49,523 bases of DNA from IMG/VR virus record IMGVR_UViG_3300017780_003812, positions 1 through 49,523 of that record; one strand, given 5' to 3'. The notes beneath the pieces were generated by a model, which saw only the letters and a program-made list of their open reading frames with translations, was not told the DNA's origin and did not search any database. Below, piece after piece: positions 36,901-44,689 of the stretch. Position 1 is the stretch's first letter. Each line of letters starts with the position of its first letter. The position numbers and the translations under genes are program-made. This DNA is from a virus. Its lineage: Duplodnaviria > Caudoviricetes.

Positions 36901-39900
36901 AAAACACACAAGATGCCATTCAAGAGCAAAGCACAACAGAGATTCCTGTACAGTCAGAAACCGGAGTTAGCGAAACGATGGAGGGAGGAACATCCGAAAC
37001 AAAACCTGAAATCATTACCGAACAAACTACGCAAGGCGAAGTAACTCAAACTATCATCGAAAACATTAAAAATGATTTTGAAAATAACAATCTAAACAAT
37101 ATTGAATTGACTCCAACAAGAGAAGGTTTTGATGGAGATTTTCTTAATGATTATGAGTTTTTAGCAGAAGGCAGCGAACATACTGTATATAAAAGCAAAG
37201 ATGGTAAAACTGTTATAAAAATAGGAGAGCCTTATAGTAGTAATGATGGGTTTATGCCAAGGGTAGAAGATGCTATATCTATAAATAACTTAATAGGGGA
37301 TAATAGTTTAGAACTAATAGGTTATTATGAATATAATGGAGTTACAAATCCTGTATATCAACAAAATTATATAGATGGTACAACTCTTACTCAAGCAGAA
37401 GCTACTTCTCATTTAGAATCAAAGGGATTTACTAATTTAGGAAATGATAAATTTGCTATAAAAGTAGGAGATAAAATATTTGAAATATCAGATACTTCAG
37501 ATAATTTTATAAGAGATAATAACGGAAACATATCTGCTATAGATGCAGGTATAAGAGAAATAAATGAAAGTGATTTAACCGAAAGTCAAAAACAAGAAGT
37601 GTCTTCAAAGACACAACCAACAGAAACAGTAAATGTTGAAGCACCAAAAACTACATCTGTTAAAGATGTGTCTGTACTTATAACTCCTGCTACAGTGCGT
37701 GGATTCAGTCCACTTACTGAAAGGATTAAGAAGTTGTCATTAAACTATGACAAACTTGTTAAGCAATACGCTAAAAAGAAAGACCCTAAGGTTCTTGCTA
37801 AGATAAAGAAAATTGAATCACAAATAACTGATGTAGCAAAACAAGAGATTATTGATGCAGTAGCAGACATAAAAGGAGTAGAAGTTACATTTAAAGATAC
37901 CAATCGTGGATTATGGGATGGTAAATTTGAGCCATCTTTTAATATGAACTTGTCTATTAGCCCTGATGCAGATACTCAAAAGGTTAGTGATATGCTTTAT
38001 GATTTTTCTGAAAAATACTCTCAAGATGCATTTATATTAGAAACTGAATCTGAATTACACGATGAATGGATTAATGGCAACGTAGATATGCCTCTTACTG
38101 AATTTTATGATAATGATTTAATGCATTATCCAAAAATTATTTATACCTTTGCTGAACCAATAACTGACGAACAAGTAGCAGACTTGTCTGTATCGTTAGA
38201 AAATGAGGGAGTTGATGCATTTAGCATCAATAATAATCAAGTTGAAGTATCAGTAATTACCTTTTTACCTGAAAATAATAATCTAACTAAAGATGAGCAA
38301 TACAATGAAAAATTTAAAGACTTCCAATCAAAATCAAGTGCAACCGCAAATGCAATCGGGCAAACACTCGGAAGTAATGCGTTGGATGGACGCAATGTTA
38401 TTATCAAAAAATCTTCTTACCAAGGAGCAATCAACGAAGGAACCGAAGACCAAACAAGACAATACGATAGAAGTAATGTTCTTGAAGCGTTCCAAGAACC
38501 AACCACAAAAGTAGAAGAAACTACAACTGAAGAATTAGGTACACAAGGATTATCTGAAGCTGAACTACCGGGATATGACCGAATGATGGGGATAGTTGAT
38601 GGTATAACTCAGAAGATACTTAAAGAAAGAGGAGGAACAAATGAAAGAGCATTTCAAGCAGCTCTTGATTATCTTCAACAAGACTCTAAAGTTTATGAGA
38701 ATGCTACAGATGTTCAGAGAGAGGCTTTAGTTCGCCAATTGCGTAAGCAATTTGGTATTAAAGAAAAGAGAGCACCATCAGTAGCAAGAATATTTGGTAA
38801 ATTGAAAGACATTAGAAAGGTAATAATGACTGAAAGAGTTGCACTTAACAAGCAATTTAAAGACCAAATTAGAGGTGGTAAATATGCTGTTAAGGCTGTA
38901 AAAGAAGCTACTCAAGCCTTAATAAAAGAGGTAAGAGAACTAAGAAAGTCAGGTAAAATAAACAAGATTCAAGAGCAAGCCATTCTTAATAGATTAGGAA
39001 ATACAAATGTGCTTAGTGAAAAATCTACAAGAAGATTTATTGAATATGCAACAAAGGTATATAACAATGCTGACTACGCTCAGAAGTTAACTGATGCTCA
39101 AAAACTAAGAAAGAAAATCAGAAGTTTATCTCGTGATAAAACAAAAGATGCTAACCTACGTGATTTAGCTGCTAAATTTGGAAAATTAGACCCTTCAATT
39201 GCAAAAAGCATTGAAGTTTATAATGATGTGGCGGCTAAAATAAAAGAGGCTATAGATGGCTCTAAAATAAGCGGTCAGAATGTAAGGTTTGCAAATACTG
39301 TGAATATTCAAGATGCCACTGAATATATTAATGTAGAAGAGAAATCTCAAGCAGATATAATCCGTGATGAAAGAATTGCTGATTTGCAAGACTTGATGGG
39401 TGTAGATGCTTCTACTTTTACTGAGGCTGAAATGATGGCTCTGTTAGAGGAAGATAAACCAATGACAGATAAAAATGAGGGTATAGTAAGAGACACTATT
39501 AAGACAGCTTTTGAGATTTATTCTGCAATGATACAAAACAGTATAGATACCGGAGTAGATGCGTTCACAGGCGAAGATGTTGAATACACTAAGAGAGAAA
39601 AAGAAATCATCTCTAAGTTTATGGCTATGGACCCGAACAATATGACCACTAAAAATGCCCTTGCAGCAGTTGATGCACTTGCTAATTTTATAGAGAATAA
39701 ATCAACAGCTTCTATGGATGCTGTTACATCTATATACGAAGGAGACCAAAACGCTGAGATTGTTTTAAGAAAAGGAATTAAAGCTATTCAGATTAAAAAA
39801 TATTTTTCTAAGCAACTTGGTAGAACTTTCGCAGAACAAACTACCAACTTAAATATTGTTTTTGAAAAAATGTTTAAAGGGTTTAATCGTGGTGGCGAAG

Positions 39901-42542
39901 TTCAAGATTTAATGGGATTAACAAAATTGATTAATAAAAAAGCATTCGCACAAACGCAATCAAATAATATTATAAATGATTACGTTAAAGCGTTTTACAA
40001 TAAAGATGTACGACCAAATGGGCAGAAGTTTAATACAGCAGAGAACAATACCGAAAGAGGTATGGCTGCGTTTATGCTTAGAAATGTTATTGGAACTGAG
40101 CAAGAAATGCAAATCGAGTTCGGAAGAAGAAAAGGATTAATAGAACAATCTATCGCAGCTTTAAGAAAAGGAAACGAAAAAGAACAAAAGAAAGCAGAGC
40201 TATACCAAAAGGTATATGAAAAGGTAATTGGCAATTCAGCGGATATTCAAGACATAAAAGACAATACTGACCCTAAAAACTTAGAGGCTATTGATTTTTG
40301 GCACAAGCAATGGGATAATCAATTTGATAGATTGTCAGATGTAGCTCTTAATGTTTATAACAAAACTTTAGATAGAGACTTAAATTACTCCCCTGATAAA
40401 TACGTTAGAATGGATAGTGCTCCACAAGATGTTGATTTAACAAATAGTGATTCAGCATTTATATATAATACAAACGGTGTATTGTACAATAAAAAAACAG
40501 GAGTATTAGAAGATACAACAGGTACAAAAAATCTTCCAATGAATGCGAAGAAAGATGTATTGAGTTATATTGACTTATCTTTTGATAAAAACAACTCTAA
40601 CTCTATGTACGATGCACTTATAGATATTGAGACCGCAGCTTCAATTAGACAAGTACAGGCATTCTTAAATTCTAATAGCTTTAGTAAAATAGTTCCAAAT
40701 ACTGAGGATGCAAAGCTACTTACTAACAGAGTTCAATTGTATGTTGCTAACACAAGAAACAAAAACCCTTATTCAAACGATGAGCTTTCTAAGGCAGTTA
40801 GAAGACTAAATAAAATAGCGACACTTGGTGTTGGACAAGCCTTGGGAGGACCTACTCAGGTACTTAAACAATTTGTTCCGGTTGCTATGAACACTTGGGT
40901 AAATGCGGGAACCTTTAGTTTAACAGCATCTTTCAATTCTGATTTTAATAATTGGATTTCTCAGTCAGGATATGCCATTGCCAATAGAGGTATTGAATCT
41001 CAAGCAGAAGTTGAATCAATTAATAAATTAATTGAAGAGGCATCAAACTCTAATGCAAAAAGAGCGATGGAGCTTATTGAAGAGGCAAATAGAAAATGGT
41101 TAAAAACATTCTTAGTTAGACCCGATGTTGCTGTAGCAAGAGCTTCTTTCAAGGCTTACTATGAGAAGTCTTTGAAGCAACAAGGTAAAGACTATAAGGA
41201 TATTGATTACTCTGACCATACACTAAATGAGACAGCAGCAAACTATGCTCAAAGAATGGTAGATAGACAGCAAAACGTATCTGACCACGATTTAGCAGGA
41301 AGTTTATTTTCTTCTAAAGAAACAGGTAAGCAAGTGCTTACTAAGATATTTATGGCTTTTGCAAGTTTTAGAATGAACCAATCATCAAGATTAGGTGCTG
41401 ACCTTTCAACATTAGGATATTGGGGTGTTTCAACTAAAGAAGATAAAGTTATTGCAGCAAGGTCATTAGCGGGTTATGCAGCGGAGATGGCTACGTTTAG
41501 AATGATGTCAGCCGGTATTACTATATTAATAGGATATGCTGCTGCTGCTATAATGGGCAAAGAGGAGACAGAGGAAGAAGAAGATAAAAGAATTGATGGT
41601 GTATTAAAAGGTCAAGCTACATCTGTAGTTACAGATATTTTTTCTCCACTACCTATTCTTGATAAACTTGTTCAGACCGGAGCTGCAAATTTCTTATCAG
41701 AAGTTCAAGATGCTTTAGATATGGATGAAGAAGATAGATTATCTTTGTACTCAGCCAAGCCTGAGGAGTTTATAAAATACCTTGGGATGTATGGTATAGC
41801 TCCTGATAGAGCGATGCAGTTTTTCGGAATGGTAAAATTATGGGCTACGGGAACATATAAAGATGATTTCAATAAAGAACACACAATATCTGAACAAGAT
41901 AGAGAAGCAGTAGGGGTTTTATTAGGTCCTGCTTTCTTGACCAACATTGGAATATTCCCTCCCGAAGTAGCAGGTGCTATTAGAGGTTCTATAAAAATGG
42001 CTAAAAAGAAACAAACATCTTTTGAGGAAAGACAAGCTAAAGAACAAAAGAGAGTTAAGAAGGAAGAGGAAGATGCTAAAGAGCTAAAAATACTTGAGGA
42101 AATAAGTATAGATACTTCTGACCCTGAAAAACTTGATTTAATACAAGACCAAATCCAAAGACTTTCTAATGAAACAGAAGCCGAGGCTGACGAAAGAAAA
42201 GCTAAGAACAAACAAATCAAAGAAGAAAAAGCTAAACTTTTAGGAGATTATGCAAACGAAACGCAGATGAAAAGGTATGACCGACCATTATGGGAGGATA
42301 CTTTTGGAGATAACTCTGAGTGGTATAATACATACAGAGAAGAAAAACTACTTCAAAAAGAAGTAGATGATGCAATGCAAAGAACTGAAGATGAAGAACG
42401 TAATTATACTCCTGTAGGAAAAGAAAAGTATAGTTTTGGACCTCAAAGTAAAAAATCTAAAAGTAAAAAATTTGGATTTGGACCTCAAAGTTTTGATAGC
42501 CAAGAATCAGATAGTGATTATAAATTCGGACCTCAGAAATAA
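33960..42542 (+). CDS. Giant (2860 aa) internal virion / polyvalent protein with kinase-like domain
   Basis: Last gene of the structural block; two TAPNG repeats; kinase-like segment 'LAEGSEHTVY...VIKI...NFIRDNNGNISAID'; no RNAP DxDGD motif seen. Confidence 0.75.
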   Translation: MNEKYLQDLYALIKQKDSSYEGRYSYEQFKTKIQDDAYAEQMHSWLSTNDESFKQKPLETFIGEVKGGRRLVTAQKKKFSLDSEVPQQGKAASTGLSSGNGSLATQPTSKKVFAADKRISNSLSTINQDLMNDTEENVVSKLSKDKNFKELGFSFEESGFMGDYMTVTAPNGQKKEISLDNFLNSKSAAQSVELKNFINKNTTKEKKANLEEIAYIEDTNAQKLQSEKKKLGQQFVKEGAKPIDKKNSKYLNDRLKTIDAKLINQNEEYIVPQMNYQFGDLGFKFEESGMTGDYMIATAPNGKKMEISLDPFMSSKAVSESSKLQQFIKENTSDKGLYIVEKSANEGYQKIENQKQVDTSIKKISDEANSLNNDLKAFLSRKNALDSTFQKGSEGYNKMQAELIAERDALIKKQNNLKTKEVLLKKSVGKYTEMKSQQGTYLAGTWNAFLDAYASASAGLADLSTDIMVELTPTEALMLPEDLKNESVGIAKKLGIKGPSANQTFAQWKKTLTEDQLDDVEDEIDDAAKKYAKKDLIPAIRQGNRQVFGSSTATPEWEQLQSEDFWAGSYFGLVKTIPALAGAAGPAGWTQRTATMYSMVSDGIRQEMDKNPEFAKVSENEKLAVVLPIGITGAVLEEFGLRNIKGSTGLINRIAMSALGKSGTRTTAKSFRELVENEVESKLAKGVLTITSAGLAEFESGAGQELTETGIKEIYNVIKDKEMFNTPDSIGDLINNVVKAGAQEAVGGFVLGMPTAVSAAYSQKGFLNMDNQTFRLFEDAANDENIQKAFITDLKTKITQGVMTTAEAKEQLNDYRNSIGLFKSLPEGLNTQQKKEAMNLLKEKRDLENQVDGKDPSLVVKLKERIGVIDASLVGISETAANDKAVAESNRKEFEDLPDAEKTKLKEEAGKNIMDMIGDRNDQDIELDDETLTEFAFKDFVKQKENNNRIAEIEATLSPDAETPVVGRAKRKLEKELGKLKNTQDAIQEQSTTEIPVQSETGVSETMEGGTSETKPEIITEQTTQGEVTQTIIENIKNDFENNNLNNIELTPTREGFDGDFLNDYEFLAEGSEHTVYKSKDGKTVIKIGEPYSSNDGFMPRVEDAISINNLIGDNSLELIGYYEYNGVTNPVYQQNYIDGTTLTQAEATSHLESKGFTNLGNDKFAIKVGDKIFEISDTSDNFIRDNNGNISAIDAGIREINESDLTESQKQEVSSKTQPTETVNVEAPKTTSVKDVSVLITPATVRGFSPLTERIKKLSLNYDKLVKQYAKKKDPKVLAKIKKIESQITDVAKQEIIDAVADIKGVEVTFKDTNRGLWDGKFEPSFNMNLSISPDADTQKVSDMLYDFSEKYSQDAFILETESELHDEWINGNVDMPLTEFYDNDLMHYPKIIYTFAEPITDEQVADLSVSLENEGVDAFSINNNQVEVSVITFLPENNNLTKDEQYNEKFKDFQSKSSATANAIGQTLGSNALDGRNVIIKKSSYQGAINEGTEDQTRQYDRSNVLEAFQEPTTKVEETTTEELGTQGLSEAELPGYDRMMGIVDGITQKILKERGGTNERAFQAALDYLQQDSKVYENATDVQREALVRQLRKQFGIKEKRAPSVARIFGKLKDIRKVIMTERVALNKQFKDQIRGGKYAVKAVKEATQALIKEVRELRKSGKINKIQEQAILNRLGNTNVLSEKSTRRFIEYATKVYNNADYAQKLTDAQKLRKKIRSLSRDKTKDANLRDLAAKFGKLDPSIAKSIEVYNDVAAKIKEAIDGSKISGQNVRFANTVNIQDATEYINVEEKSQADIIRDERIADLQDLMGVDASTFTEAEMMALLEEDKPMTDKNEGIVRDTIKTAFEIYSAMIQNSIDTGVDAFTGEDVEYTKREKEIISKFMAMDPNNMTTKNALAAVDALANFIENKSTASMDAVTSIYEGDQNAEIVLRKGIKAIQIKKYFSKQLGRTFAEQTTNLNIVFEKMFKGFNRGGEVQDLMGLTKLINKKAFAQTQSNNIINDYVKAFYNKDVRPNGQKFNTAENNTERGMAAFMLRNVIGTEQEMQIEFGRRKGLIEQSIAALRKGNEKEQKKAELYQKVYEKVIGNSADIQDIKDNTDPKNLEAIDFWHKQWDNQFDRLSDVALNVYNKTLDRDLNYSPDKYVRMDSAPQDVDLTNSDSAFIYNTNGVLYNKKTGVLEDTTGTKNLPMNAKKDVLSYIDLSFDKNNSNSMYDALIDIETAASIRQVQAFLNSNSFSKIVPNTEDAKLLTNRVQLYVANTRNKNPYSNDELSKAVRRLNKIATLGVGQALGGPTQVLKQFVPVAMNTWVNAGTFSLTASFNSDFNNWISQSGYAIANRGIESQAEVESINKLIEEASNSNAKRAMELIEEANRKWLKTFLVRPDVAVARASFKAYYEKSLKQQGKDYKDIDYSDHTLNETAANYAQRMVDRQQNVSDHDLAGSLFSSKETGKQVLTKIFMAFASFRMNQSSRLGADLSTLGYWGVSTKEDKVIAARSLAGYAAEMATFRMMSAGITILIGYAAAAIMGKEETEEEEDKRIDGVLKGQATSVVTDIFSPLPILDKLVQTGAANFLSEVQDALDMDEEDRLSLYSAKPEEFIKYLGMYGIAPDRAMQFFGMVKLWATGTYKDDFNKEHTISEQDREAVGVLLGPAFLTNIGIFPPEVAGAIRGSIKMAKKKQTSFEERQAKEQKRVKKEEEDAKELKILEEISIDTSDPEKLDLIQDQIQRLSNETEAEADERKAKNKQIKEEKAKLLGDYANETQMKRYDRPLWEDTFGDNSEWYNTYREEKLLQKEVDDAMQRTEDEERNYTPVGKEKYSFGPQSKKSKSKKFGFGPQSFDSQESDSDYKFGPQK
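36913..37044 (+). CDS. Nested (+1 frame) 43-aa gene MPFKSKAQQRFLYSQKPELAKRWREEHPKQNLKSLPNKLRKAK
   Basis: ATG 36913 to TAA 37042-37044 inside the giant gene; A-rich upstream context; resembles stand-alone MPFKS..Q.R...P..A..W small phage proteins. Confidence 0.7.
   Translation: MPFKSKAQQRFLYSQKPELAKRWREEHPKQNLKSLPNKLRKAK
37598..37614 (+). repeat. Dispersed 17-bp palindromic element, copy 5 (inside the giant gene)
   Basis: agtgtcttcaaagacac, exact. Confidence 0.9.
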
Positions 42543-42956
42543 TCAAACAAACCTAACATACTTTAGAGCTTTTTGTTTATCGTAGTAAATCATTAGCTCA
42601 TCATCATTAGAGGAGTTATCACGTGGGGGTCTTCCACCCCACTTGATTTCTCCTTTTAATTTATCAATCTTCCCGTAGATTATACCATCTTCACACGACC
42701 ATATCATTACGGGATTAAGTCTTTTATCTACTAACTTTACAGCTTTTCTTGCCGCTACCGGTAAAGGGTATGCGTTGTGCATAGTTCTTATTCTACCTTT
42801 TACCTCAGCGTATGCAATTAACTTACCTGCTTTATCGAAGACTTTGTAATCAATGTCGTATGGGTCGAGTTTTTGGAACGAACCTCCAAAAGTATTTACG
42901 AATGTAGTTATTGCTTTGTGTTCTCTTTTTAAATCTTGTTCTGTTTCAAAAGTCAT
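42543..42956 (-). CDS. PD-(D/E)xK-like nuclease-fold protein
   Basis: 'IDY...AYAEVKGR'. Confidence 0.65.
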   Translation of the reverse strand: MTFETEQDLKREHKAITTFVNTFGGSFQKLDPYDIDYKVFDKAGKLIAYAEVKGRIRTMHNAYPLPVAARKAVKLVDKRLNPVMIWSCEDGIIYGKIDKLKGEIKWGGRPPRDNSSNDDELMIYYDKQKALKYVRFV

Positions 42957-43140
42957 CTTCTTCTGTTGATTTTAGTATGCATCTTAATTCCATAATTAGA
43001 AACTGTGCTTCTTTTCTAACTAACTTAAAATCACGGTCAACCAAGCCTTCATAGATACTATCTAATAGCGAATGGTATTCATTTGTTCGATACGCAATTC
43101 GGGAAGCTCTCTCGTCTTCACTATCTTTCTCTTGGTCCAT
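42946..43140 (-). CDS. Hypothetical protein
   Basis: Packed ORF in the - strand operon. Confidence 0.7.
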   Translation of the reverse strand: MDQEKDSEDERASRIAYRTNEYHSLLDSIYEGLVDRDFKLVRKEAQFLIMELRCILKSTEEDDF

Positions 43141-43149
43141 ACATTACTT

Positions 43150-43623
43150 TTACTTGTTAAACAATTGTAGTATGTGATGCTTGCATTCATAAGAATTTGG
43201 CAAACGACCTGTTCTTTCTTCGTAGTCCTGAATATAATTGAAAAACTCATCTAAAAGTTTTTCTTTAATCTCTACAGCTTCTTGAAGCTCGTTTGTCAAT
43301 CTTACTACAGTTACATATATATCTACATCTTTTTTTATTTGTTCTGAAATAGAATTTTTCTTTTTGATGAAAACATTTTTACAAGCAACATATTTATCTC
43401 TTAGAATTTGGTCATAAGATAGTAGGTACTCTATATTCTTTACATAGTGAATTATAGTTGCGTGGTCTTTGTTTATTGTTTCCCCTATTAATTCATAACT
43501 ATATCCACTATCTCTTAGAATTTTAGAGTAAACTTTACGAGCATCAACCACCACTCTTTTACTGCTTTTAGTCTCTATATCAACTAAAAAAACTTCATTT
43601 ATTATTTCTTTTAATTCTTGCAT
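43150..43623 (-). CDS. DnaA C-terminal-like HTH DNA-binding protein
   Basis: 'R.VVDAR...SYELIGETINKDHATIIH' matches the DnaA domain IV signature (IG..F..RDHTTV). Confidence 0.75.
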   Translation of the reverse strand: MQELKEIINEVFLVDIETKSSKRVVVDARKVYSKILRDSGYSYELIGETINKDHATIIHYVKNIEYLLSYDQILRDKYVACKNVFIKKKNSISEQIKKDVDIYVTVVRLTNELQEAVEIKEKLLDEFFNYIQDYEERTGRLPNSYECKHHILQLFNK

Positions 43624-43633
43624 TTAATTTAAT

Positions 43634-43876
43634 TTATAGTGGTTTATAGACCTCTGCTTTAACTCCGTGCTCAGTAAGTTCTTTTAGTCTAAAATCTTGT
43701 AGGGGAGATGTTTTCCCATTTGGGGCTTTAACCTCATAGAACTCAACATCTGAGTTAGGAGGAATAGCTATAAGGTCAGGAATGCCATTCTTGTTGGTCT
43801 TAATCAACTTGATAACATAATACCCCTTAGCCTCAAGCTCCTTAATTTTTTTCGATTGTATTTGGCTTTCCTTCAT
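43634..43876 (-). CDS. VRR-NUC domain nuclease
   Basis: 'ESQIQ', 'GIPDL', 'FYEVK...G..SPLQ'. Confidence 0.88.
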   Translation of the reverse strand: MKESQIQSKKIKELEAKGYYVIKLIKTNKNGIPDLIAIPPNSDVEFYEVKAPNGKTSPLQDFRLKELTEHGVKAEVYKPL

Positions 43877-43885
43877 TTACGTTTT

Positions 43886-44194
43886 TTACGGAATTGATAC
43901 GTTTGTCTCCTTCATCAACTCATTAACTGAAAAAGTAATGTGGTTGCACTCTTGAATAAACTCAATAAGTTTGTCAAGGTCTTCTTGCCTAAACGCAAAT
44001 CGGTTTGCAAGGAACCACGTGTAGGGGGAACAACTATCATCAAGGTCAATCTCGTTGAGCTGAAAGGCTAATTGCTTTTGAGGAAGTACAGTCATACTGA
44101 ATAACAAAGTATATTCTCTACCTTTTTGTAACCATTTCTCATTTGGTATTTGAATTGGTTTGTTATTGTCATTTATGCATAAACACTTTATCAT
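43886..44194 (-). CDS. Hypothetical protein
   Basis: 'KCLCIND...G.EYT...RF' phage pattern. Confidence 0.7.
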   Translation of the reverse strand: MIKCLCINDNNKPIQIPNEKWLQKGREYTLLFSMTVLPQKQLAFQLNEIDLDDSCSPYTWFLANRFAFRQEDLDKLIEFIQECNHITFSVNELMKETNVSIP

Positions 44195-44469
44195 TTCTTA
44201 CTTGATTTTCCGTTCTGACCATTTCTACCTCTGTTGGATTTCATATTCTCCTTGACAATAGTTCCAATTTTAGTATGGCTCATATCCAAGTTATCATTAT
44301 TTCCATAAGTACCGGCATCACGATTGGCTTTATTAAGCTCTACCCTGTAGTTCTTACGTTTTTCAGTAGCTTGATACTTCTTATCATAAGCTAACTTTCT
44401 TTTTCTTTCATCATTAGACATATCTAATTTGTCATAGGAAGGGTGTTTTCCCGCTAATTTGTTTTTCAT
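44191..44469 (-). CDS. Small basic HNH-like protein
   Basis: 'LDMSH...KSNRGRN' degenerate HNH. Confidence 0.55.
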   Translation of the reverse strand: MKNKLAGKHPSYDKLDMSNDERKRKLAYDKKYQATEKRKNYRVELNKANRDAGTYGNNDNLDMSHTKIGTIVKENMKSNRGRNGQNGKSSKK

Positions 44470-44482
44470 CTTGATTGTTTAT

Positions 44483-44599
44483 TTAGTTGTCTCCTTCGTA
44501 TGCTTTAGCACACTCTCTGTTACAAAATTCTCCTTCAGAGTCTTCTCCGCAATATCTGCAAGTGCACTCTTTTTCTTCAGGTGGATAATCCCAATTCAT
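44483..44599 (-). CDS. 38-aa zinc-finger peptide (not in ORF track)
   Basis: MNWDYPPEEKECTCRYCGEDSEGEFCNRECAKAYEGDN; CxxC...FCxxxC. Confidence 0.7.
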   Translation of the reverse strand: MNWDYPPEEKECTCRYCGEDSEGEFCNRECAKAYEGDN

Positions 44600-44605
44600 A
44601 ATTGT

Positions 44606-44689
44606 TTAGTTTAAAATTAATAATAAGCAACCGTACAAGGCGGCAAAAACTGCTACCCAAAATAATTTGTCAATAATTTTATTTATCAT
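44606..44689 (-). CDS. 27-aa single-TM peptide (not in ORF track)
   Basis: MINKIIDKLFWVAVFAALYGCLLLILN; ATGA-coupled to the helicase stop. Confidence 0.55.
   Translation of the reverse strand: MINKIIDKLFWVAVFAALYGCLLLILN

Noticed and set aside
33960-42542. Virion RNA polymerase as in crAss-like or N4-like phages
   Set aside because: No DxDGD/DFDID or other recognisable RNAP catalytic motif seen in the translation
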